In this document: positions 57,730 through 64,000 of the stretch, one piece after another
Layout: each line of letters starts with the position of its first letter
Position numbering within the stretch: the first letter of the stretch is position 1
Origin: Bacteroidota bacterium
Lineage (GTDB): Bacteria > Bacteroidota > Ignavibacteria > Kapaibacteriales > UBA961
DNA: 64,000 bases
Direction: 5' to 3'
Assembly (NCBI GenBank): GCA_964204605.1
Contig: OZ123195.1
Span: 751,814 to 815,813, forward strand
The notes under the pieces: generated by a model
Told to the model about the DNA's origin: nothing
Seen by the model: only the letters and a program-made list of their open reading frames with translations
Databases searched by the model: none
Program-made: the position numbers and the translations under genes

Positions 57730-60258
57730 ATGTTATATAAAATTGTAAATAATACATTAGCATTAAGTATTTCTCTGTTGATTTGTGGAATTGCTTTAGC
57801 TTTTTTTTCATTTTTTATAGTTACTCGTACATCTATCAAAAAAGGGGAAGAGCAAATAAGTTCTAAGATATTAGACAGTGCATTTATTTATCGCAATAAG
57901 TTTAATATTCCTCATATCATAGCAAGAAATGAACATGATGTATTTTTTGCTATGGGCTATGCCCATGCACAAGATAGATTGTGGCAAATGGATATTATAA
58001 GAAGAACAGGTAGAGGATTATTATCAGAGATTTTTGGTAAAGAAGCTTTAGAAACTGATAAATTTATGAGGATGTTAAGTTTAGTCCCTTTATCTGAAAA
58101 ATTGTATAATAAATCAAGTAAAACCACAAAGTTTATTTTAGAAGCATATTCTGAAGGGGTAAACTATTATGTGAAAGCACACCCTGAAGCATTGCCATTT
58201 GAATTTGGTGCATTAAGCTATCAACCTAAAGAGTGGCAACCTACCGATTGCATTATCATAGGTAGATTAATGGCAGTAGAAATGAATACGAGTATGTGGA
58301 GCGATATAGCAATAGGCGAATTGGCCGACAAATTTGGAGTGCAAGTAGCTTTGCAAATGATACCAAGTAATGATAATCATACTGTCTATCAATATGAATC
58401 GCAACATACAGTGCCATCATCTAATGAAATATCGTCTCTTACTTATACAAATGCCGATTACTTAGCTGGGATTGAAGATAAAACAAAAACCTTCATAAAT
58501 GCTCGTTCTTATCTGGGGCTTTCATCAGATGGTATAGGAAGTAATGCTTGGGTTATGAGGAAGAACTCTGAAAATCTACAAGATAACTCGGTTATTCTGG
58601 CCAATGACCCACATTTAAAACTTGGATTGCCCGCTAAATGGTATCAATGTCATATATCTTGTCCGGGATTAAATGTACTAGGAGTTAGTATGCCAGGTCT
58701 TCCTATCATACTTTCAGGAAGGAATTCATCTGTTAGTTGGGGAATTACAAATATGATGGCTGATGATTTTGATTATTTTATAGAAAAGACTTCTCAATAC
58801 AATAACAACTATTATTTTACAACTACAGGCGATTCAGTTAAGTTTAAATACAAAAGGGATACTATCAATATCAAAAATGAAGAACCACTCATTTATGATA
58901 TTCGCTATAGTAAAAGGTCTGCAATTATTTCAGATGCATCTCCAATTACTTTGATTAAATCAATTAAAGATTCTACTAAAAGTAATAAGAATTTATTTTC
59001 GCATTATTGCATGAGTTATGAATGGACAGGTAATGCAATATCTGATGAGTTTTTAGCAATATATAGGATAATGAAATCAGATAATTGGTCTGATTTTCAG
59101 AGAGGCTTCCTCACTTGGGGTGCACCATGCTTAAACTTTGTGTATGGCGATAAGTATGGAACAATTGCTGGAGCAACTGTAGGTATTCTACCTATAAGAG
59201 GTCCTAAAGCTAATCCAAATATTCCTTCTCCGGGCTGGATTCCAGAATATTCTTGGCAAGGAATACACAAATCAACTGACTTACCTAAGCATTCATATAC
59301 GATCCATAATAGAGATAAGAAATACATTGCATCAGCCAATAATCCATTACTAAAACATCCTCCATTTTATCATTCATCTTTGTGGGAGCCTTCTTCTAGA
59401 GCAAAACGCTTAGAAGTAGCTTTGCAACTATTTGACGAGTATAATATCAGAGATGCTCAGTTTCTTCAATATGATGTGCATTCACCTTATGCTGAAGATA
59501 TATTATCTAAAGTATTACCTATACTAGTGCAAAAAAAGAAATTTATGCCGGTACTTGCCAAAAGAGCTTTAGAAAAATTAAAAAAATGGAAATGTTTTAT
59601 AACTAATCAAGATGTTGAACCAGCTATATATTCTCTGTTGATTGATAATCTATTTACATCTATTTTTTTAGACCAATTACCAGAGCATATATCAAAAGAT
59701 TATAAACATATTGCTAGTTTTCCTACCAGAATATTATTACAATGTTTAGAGGAATCTTCAGACAAATGGAATTTTTGGTTTGATGATTATCATACAAAGA
59801 ATAAAATTGAAGATAAATCAGAGATTATCTATAAAGCATTTATAAAAGCTATTAAACAAGGAACTACTATTTATAATAGTGACGATATAAATACTTGGAA
59901 ATACAGATATTTACATACAATCACATTAGAACATCTATTTAGTAAAAGTTCTTTAATGAAACCGGTTGTTACACATGGTCCATTTCCACATTCAGGAAAT
60001 AATACGACACTAAATAATGGTTCATGGGCAATGAATAATCCATTTAATCAAGTACTTGGCGCTTCCATGAGAATAGTATCCGATATGCAAGATTCTGTTA
60101 TGTATTGTGTGCTTCCGGGTGGCTCTTCTGGTGAACCTTTAAGTTCTCATTATAGCGATCAAGTTCAATTATGGCTTAATGGAGGATATATCAAACTACC
60201 AGTTCATCCAAAACCTGCATCTGACATTCAATTGTTTACTACTTTTATCAAAAAATAG
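57730..60258 (+). CDS. Penicillin amidase (S45) family N-terminal-nucleophile hydrolase, possibly an acyl-homoserine-lactone/penicillin acylase. It has an N-terminal membrane anchor.
   Basis: 842 aa. An alpha-subunit region (AMGYAHAQDRLWQMD), a nucleophile Ser region (GSNAWV) and a beta-subunit pattern. Confidence 0.85.
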   Translation: MLYKIVNNTLALSISLLICGIALAFFSFFIVTRTSIKKGEEQISSKILDSAFIYRNKFNIPHIIARNEHDVFFAMGYAHAQDRLWQMDIIRRTGRGLLSEIFGKEALETDKFMRMLSLVPLSEKLYNKSSKTTKFILEAYSEGVNYYVKAHPEALPFEFGALSYQPKEWQPTDCIIIGRLMAVEMNTSMWSDIAIGELADKFGVQVALQMIPSNDNHTVYQYESQHTVPSSNEISSLTYTNADYLAGIEDKTKTFINARSYLGLSSDGIGSNAWVMRKNSENLQDNSVILANDPHLKLGLPAKWYQCHISCPGLNVLGVSMPGLPIILSGRNSSVSWGITNMMADDFDYFIEKTSQYNNNYYFTTTGDSVKFKYKRDTINIKNEEPLIYDIRYSKRSAIISDASPITLIKSIKDSTKSNKNLFSHYCMSYEWTGNAISDEFLAIYRIMKSDNWSDFQRGFLTWGAPCLNFVYGDKYGTIAGATVGILPIRGPKANPNIPSPGWIPEYSWQGIHKSTDLPKHSYTIHNRDKKYIASANNPLLKHPPFYHSSLWEPSSRAKRLEVALQLFDEYNIRDAQFLQYDVHSPYAEDILSKVLPILVQKKKFMPVLAKRALEKLKKWKCFITNQDVEPAIYSLLIDNLFTSIFLDQLPEHISKDYKHIASFPTRILLQCLEESSDKWNFWFDDYHTKNKIEDKSEIIYKAFIKAIKQGTTIYNSDDINTWKYRYLHTITLEHLFSKSSLMKPVVTHGPFPHSGNNTTLNNGSWAMNNPFNQVLGASMRIVSDMQDSVMYCVLPGGSSGEPLSSHYSDQVQLWLNGGYIKLPVHPKPASDIQLFTTFIKK

Positions 60259-60277
60259 AATTATATCTATACAGACA

Positions 60278-61027
60278 ATGTTAATTATTGACTCTAAAAA
60301 ATATCCTAAGCCAAGAAGCAGACATCATAATGCGTCTAATGTCTATTTTCCTTTACATGCATTAGGGGCAATACCCAAATTTTATCCACCCTTAATTGAA
60401 ACTATAGATTGGTCTGATCATTTTAACAATGGTAATCCACCTAATATTTTAGATTTAGGATGTGGCTGGGGAACATGTATGTTACAACTTGCTTATAATC
60501 ATACAGAAGAGAATATATTAGGTTTAGAAGTAAGGAAACTTCCCGTAGATTGGATAAAAGAAGTTGTTAAAGGAGAATCACTTCCAAATATTAGCGTTAT
60601 TTGGTATTCTTTACCCAATGGATTGTCTTTTTTACAGGATAACTCAATATCCTCATTCTTTAGCTTTTTTCCAGACCCCTGGATTAAAAAGAAACATCAT
60701 AAAAGAAGAGCTTTTACAAAAGAGTTTATACAAGAATGCCTAAGACTTTCAAAAGTTAATGCTCAGTTCTGGCAAATGACAGATGTTCCTATGGTTGCAA
60801 AACATCACATAGATATATTATCTGATTTCCAAGAATTTGCAATTGATTCTTTTGAATTTGTAGGTGAATGGAATAGTGAATGGAGTGAAGTATTTCCTGA
60901 CTACTTACCGTATTCAAAAGATATATATCAGCAAATACCTTGGAATATTCCCAAAACAGATCAAGAGGAATTTTCAACAAAAAAAGGTATTCCTTATGTA
61001 AAAACTCATTTTACAATTCATAAATAA
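60278..61027 (+). CDS. trmB: tRNA (guanine46-N7)-methyltransferase. Start at ATG 60278 (MLIIDSKK), downstream of the overlapping TTG/ATG at 60179.
   Basis: SAM motif (LDLGCGWG) and the TrmB-specific FPDPWIKKKHHKRR motif. Confidence 0.85.
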   Translation: MLIIDSKKYPKPRSRHHNASNVYFPLHALGAIPKFYPPLIETIDWSDHFNNGNPPNILDLGCGWGTCMLQLAYNHTEENILGLEVRKLPVDWIKEVVKGESLPNISVIWYSLPNGLSFLQDNSISSFFSFFPDPWIKKKHHKRRAFTKEFIQECLRLSKVNAQFWQMTDVPMVAKHHIDILSDFQEFAIDSFEFVGEWNSEWSEVFPDYLPYSKDIYQQIPWNIPKTDQEEFSTKKGIPYVKTHFTIHK

Positions 61028-61028
61028 T

Positions 61029-61643
61029 ATGGTTTCTGTAAATATTTTAGAATATCTTGAATATCAACCATTTAATGTATCAACTTTACTGTTAGCATAT
61101 AGAACTGGTTGGTTTCCAATGGGCGATCCGGATACAAAAGAAATCTATTGGCATTCTCCACAATATAGAGCTGTATTTCCTCTTCAAGACTTGGATTTTT
61201 CTAAATCACTTAAAAAAACTGTTTCAAAAGGTACTTTTAGTATTAAATTTAATACAGCGTTTGAACAAGTAATTAAAGCCTGTGCACATAGAGCAGATAC
61301 ATGGATTACAGAACCAATCATAGATACATATATACAATTACATATTCAAGGTTATGCACATTCTGTAGAAACTTATGTAGATGAAACATTAGTTGGAGGA
61401 TTATACGGTGTCTCGATAGGCAGTGCATTTTTTGGAGAATCGATGTTTTCTTCTTTAAATGATGCTTCAAAAGTAGCTTTTTATGGCTTAGTTCAACAAT
61501 TACGTTTAAAAAACTATACTTTATTAGACTCCCAATATCTGAATGATTTTACAGAGCAATTAGGAGCAGGTGAAATAAAAAGATCTGAATACTTGTCTTT
61601 ATTAAGTAAAGCTTTAATTCAAGAATGTATTTTTTTACCTTAA
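61029..61643 (+). CDS. aat: Leucyl/phenylalanyl-tRNA--protein transferase
   Basis: 204 aa. Conserved GWFPMGDP region, WHSPQYRAV, HSVETY..LVGGLYGVSIG and ESMFS motifs. Confidence 0.85.
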   Translation: MVSVNILEYLEYQPFNVSTLLLAYRTGWFPMGDPDTKEIYWHSPQYRAVFPLQDLDFSKSLKKTVSKGTFSIKFNTAFEQVIKACAHRADTWITEPIIDTYIQLHIQGYAHSVETYVDETLVGGLYGVSIGSAFFGESMFSSLNDASKVAFYGLVQQLRLKNYTLLDSQYLNDFTEQLGAGEIKRSEYLSLLSKALIQECIFLP

Positions 61644-61704
61644 AATCAATAATTTACTATACGTATCGTATCTATATGTGTTTTCCAATTTATCAGAATA
61701 ATTC

Positions 61705-62181
61705 ATGAGAACATTATCAATTGAAAGTAATGGAAGATTAGATAAAACAGCAGTATATATCAATGCAGAGCAAGTAGGAAAGATCAAGGAATTATATCTA
61801 AATCTTGATGAGAATGGCACTTTTGATGCTATTTTAACATATGAAAACAAAAATGGAACTATATCGACTAAGCAATTATTTACTGATTATTTAGATGATC
61901 TTATTATTGTAGAACCAATGTTTTCTGAAGAAGAAGCAATGGATATGCAATTACTAACAATTGAAAGTTCTGGTGATATAGAAGAAACTCATATATTAAT
62001 GAACAATGAAGATCTAGATGGAATAATGTCTCTTATGATACATTTAAAAATAGATACAATTCGAAATAATGGTGTTTTTGGCTTTTTTAAAAAGAATGAT
62101 AGTCTTGGTACAACTTCATTTAAAGCAGAAATAGAATTTAGAAATCAAGATGGAACTACCTCCATTGAAGGAATATTTTAA
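61705..62181 (+). CDS. Hypothetical cytoplasmic protein built from two ~70-aa internal repeats (L[ST]IES[NS]G... modules)
   Basis: The internal duplication is visible in the translation (LSIESNGRLDK... / LTIESSGDIEE...). No signal peptide. The stop overlaps the next ATG (TAATG). Confidence 0.4.
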   Translation: MRTLSIESNGRLDKTAVYINAEQVGKIKELYLNLDENGTFDAILTYENKNGTISTKQLFTDYLDDLIIVEPMFSEEEAMDMQLLTIESSGDIEETHILMNNEDLDGIMSLMIHLKIDTIRNNGVFGFFKKNDSLGTTSFKAEIEFRNQDGTTSIEGIF

Positions 62182-62783
62182 TGAAATCTTATCGTGTACA
62201 TGTATCTATGAGTAAATATCTTGTTTTACTTATTCTTAGTATCGTAACTTTAATAATAGAACCAACCATCACCGAAGCTAGAGGTGGTTTTGGGGGTTTC
62301 CGCGGAGGCGGAAGATCATTTGGATCCTCAAGATCTTTCGGTGGAAGCCGTAATAGTAATAGTTTCTCAAGTAGAAACAATTCTTTTGGTGGAAGTAGAT
62401 CAAGAAGTTTTATGTCTGGAAAAGATTATCAGCAACGTTATGGTGTTCCTAGAAAATCACAAACAATGTCGATGAATAATGGGCGCGGGGGAAACTCTAA
62501 TTATGTTGCCCATTCTTATGGAGGAAGAGGAGATGGATTTATGGCAGGATATATGATGGGTATGATTCCATGGTATTGGCATACTCCATTTCATCCAGCA
62601 TTTTATTATTCCCAACCAGTAATATTGAATGGTGCTAATGGTACAAGGGAAGTATATCCCGGAACTTTCTCTACAGGCTCTCTTTTATTGGTATTATTAT
62701 GTTTGGCTGGAATAATATTTATCATCTATGCAATTATAAGATCAAGAAGACAACAAGATTTTAGTTCTTCATCATTTGGTTAA
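62181..62783 (+). CDS. Hypothetical secreted/membrane protein with a ~90-aa Arg/Gly/Ser-rich low-complexity region (RGG/FGGSR repeats), an aromatic-rich segment and a C-terminal TM helix
   Basis: N-terminal signal or anchor helix, then RGGFGGFRGGGRSFGSSRSFGGSRNSNSFSSRNNSFGGSRSRSF, YMMGMIPWYWHTPFHPAFYY, a TM helix, and an RSRRQQ tail. Confidence 0.4.
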   Translation: MKSYRVHVSMSKYLVLLILSIVTLIIEPTITEARGGFGGFRGGGRSFGSSRSFGGSRNSNSFSSRNNSFGGSRSRSFMSGKDYQQRYGVPRKSQTMSMNNGRGGNSNYVAHSYGGRGDGFMAGYMMGMIPWYWHTPFHPAFYYSQPVILNGANGTREVYPGTFSTGSLLLVLLCLAGIIFIIYAIIRSRRQQDFSSSSFG

Positions 62784-64000
62784 TCATACTTTAATTATTA
62801 AACGTATTGTCACTTTTCTTGATAATTTTCTTTTGTTTTGTTTAGACATATCACTCTGAATTCTGTCTATAGGAAAGACACCTTTTCCTATACTATCTTC
62901 TGATTCCAATCCACATTGTTTAAGATATTGAGTAATTGAAAAGGCTCTTTTTTCAGAGAGCCTTTGATTATACATAAGCCCGCCGATATCGTCTGTAAAA
63001 CCTTCAATAATTGCATGACGAGACTTATCTTTTATAAGGCCACATAGGGCGCCTAATTGTTTCTTATGTTCTTGTGTTAAGGTTGATGAACCCATAGGGA
63101 AATACACGTCTAAGGACTGTTCCAGATTGGACATTGTAATATTGGGTACTGTAGTTGTCTGAGGTTTTTCAGGTCTATATTCCTTTTTTAAACAAACAAA
63201 ATAGATTCCTTCACTTTCATGGTCTTGATCTGTAGAAATAATACATGCAGTATCACCTTTAGATGTTAACGTTATCGACCTTTCATTTCCTGGAGTATTG
63301 ATTGCAGGCCCTAAATTGACAGGTTTTGACCAATTTGTCCATGAATCATCTAATCGTCTAGAAACAAATAAATCATTTCCACCGTATCCTTGATGTCCAT
63401 TTGAAAAGAAATATAAAGTCTTACCATCATTGGCTAAAAATGGAGAACCTTCTCTAAAAGCTGTATTTATTGTAGAACCCAACCAAAGCGGTTCTGTCCA
63501 CAAAGTATCAGAAAGTAAAAAAGAAGCATATAAATCCAAATCACCTAATGTTTCATTTCTAGTTAAAGAAAATAGCAATACATTAGCATCTGCATTCATT
63601 GTCGCAAAATAATTTGTTGAATTACTATAAAAGTTTTCAATCTTCATAATCTTACCTGTTTTCCATCCTTTTTTATCTTTTTCAGCAATAGAAAACTGCA
63701 TAGAATAATCTGGCATAACCGAAGCTACGAATGCTTTATTTCCTTTAGGATTTATAGCAAACAAAGCATTAGAGCTCATAGAATTTAATGGTGGGCCAAT
63801 GTTTTTGGGTTCAGTCCAATATCCATTTGGTAAACGATCACAATACCAGATATCATCGGGATCATTTATTCCGCCTATATTCTCTGGATGTTCTTTGCGG
63901 TCAAAATAAATTCTACTACCATCTGGAGTTAAGACTGGCAATAATGTTTTTGCATAACTATTTACTATTCCTGGTAATCTAACTTTACAGGTGAAGTCTT
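62784..64000 (-). CDS. TolB-like beta-propeller protein with a C-terminal OmpA_C peptidoglycan-binding domain. The N-terminus probably lies beyond the window end (the listed Met at 63941 may be internal).
   Basis: WD40-like TolB repeats (DGKTLYFFSNGHQGYGGNDLFVS, PDGSRIYFDRKE) and C-terminal IIEGFTDDIGGLMYNQRLSEKRAFSITQYL (OmpA_C). Confidence 0.7.
   Translation of the reverse strand, partial: DFTCKVRLPGIVNSYAKTLLPVLTPDGSRIYFDRKEHPENIGGINDPDDIWYCDRLPNGYWTEPKNIGPPLNSMSSNALFAINPKGNKAFVASVMPDYSMQFSIAEKDKKGWKTGKIMKIENFYSNSTNYFATMNADANVLLFSLTRNETLGDLDLYASFLLSDTLWTEPLWLGSTINTAFREGSPFLANDGKTLYFFSNGHQGYGGNDLFVSRRLDDSWTNWSKPVNLGPAINTPGNERSITLTSKGDTACIISTDQDHESEGIYFVCLKKEYRPEKPQTTTVPNITMSNLEQSLDVYFPMGSSTLTQEHKKQLGALCGLIKDKSRHAIIEGFTDDIGGLMYNQRLSEKRAFSITQYLKQCGLESEDSIGKGVFPIDRIQSDMSKQNKRKLSRKVTIRLIIKV

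Noticed and set aside
62189-62475. GGN/AGN-rich repetitive DNA and short embedded ORFs inside 62181–62783, considered as a possible tandem-repeat array.
   Set aside because: The repetition is at the codon level, from an RGG/Gly-Ser-rich protein segment. The repeats are imperfect and in-frame, so it is not a CRISPR or VNTR locus.
1-64000. Looked for CRISPR arrays, transposases/IS elements, integrases, phage structural genes, restriction-modification or other defence-system hallmarks (helicase-nuclease pairs, reverse transcriptases), and rRNA genes.
   Set aside because: None was found. All long ORFs are accounted for by housekeeping, envelope or metabolic genes. No regularly spaced direct repeats or terminal inverted repeats were seen.

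Overview
This is a gene-dense, AT-rich (~30% GC) chromosomal segment with an almost entirely housekeeping character. About 70 protein-coding genes cover >90% of the window, with one tRNA-Lys(UUU) and no rRNA. I found no CRISPR array, transposase, integrase, phage gene or recognisable defence/toxin-antitoxin island. The host looks like a Gram-negative bacterium of the Fibrobacteres-Chlorobi-Bacteroidetes (FCB)/Bacteroidota-like group. The evidence is two secreted proteins with T9SS C-terminal sorting domains, KDO/LPS genes (kdsB, kdsC), LolC/E, a TonB-dependent-receptor-like protein, a bacillithiol-type PIG-L deacetylase, and TTTG/TAnnTTTG promoter motifs.

Recognisable genes:
- Start of window to ~25 kb: oppF-like (5' partial), an ABC-2 transporter pair, recX, prfA, secG, lolC/E, ppk1, glutaryl-CoA-dehydrogenase-like acyl-CoA dehydrogenase, nth, an ABC-F ATPase, ppx/gppA, prmA and an M28 peptidase.
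- ~25–36 kb: the operon mfd–kdsB–cmk–X–ispH, a bshB-like deacetylase and ubiE.
- ~36–51 kb: an acyl-CoA synthetase, a sugar ABC permease, two T9SS cargo proteins, a stand-alone nuoD, ispD plus an RmlD-like short-chain dehydrogenase/reductase (SDR), two tandem hbd paralogues, dtd, murB and an aspartokinase homologue.
- ~51 kb to the window end: an RNA-modification gene block on the minus strand (tmk–rsmI–tadA–truA–mtaB), a decayed CoA-transferase pseudogene, a HAD hydrolase, a penicillin/AHL-acylase family protein, trmB and aat.
- At the 3' end: a TolB-like/OmpA gene that runs out of the window.

I see no clear-cut novel multi-gene system. The observations most worth a second look are:
1. a monocistronic stand-alone nuoD with its own promoter and terminator;
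2. an IspD-like cytidylyltransferase translationally coupled to an SDR, which could be a split CDP-alditol synthase;
3. an aspartokinase homologue whose conserved GRGGSD motif is replaced by GTESSN, coupled to an 80-aa ORF;
4. a pseudogenised 4-hydroxybutyrate-type CoA-transferase;
5. an orphan sugar ABC permease coupled to an acyl-CoA ligase;
6. several uncharacterised secreted/membrane proteins, including an internally duplicated protein coupled to an RGG/Gly-Ser-rich membrane protein next to the TolB/OmpA gene.

Coordinates for features I worked out by hand (tRNA, terminators, promoter motifs) may be off by 1–2 nt.
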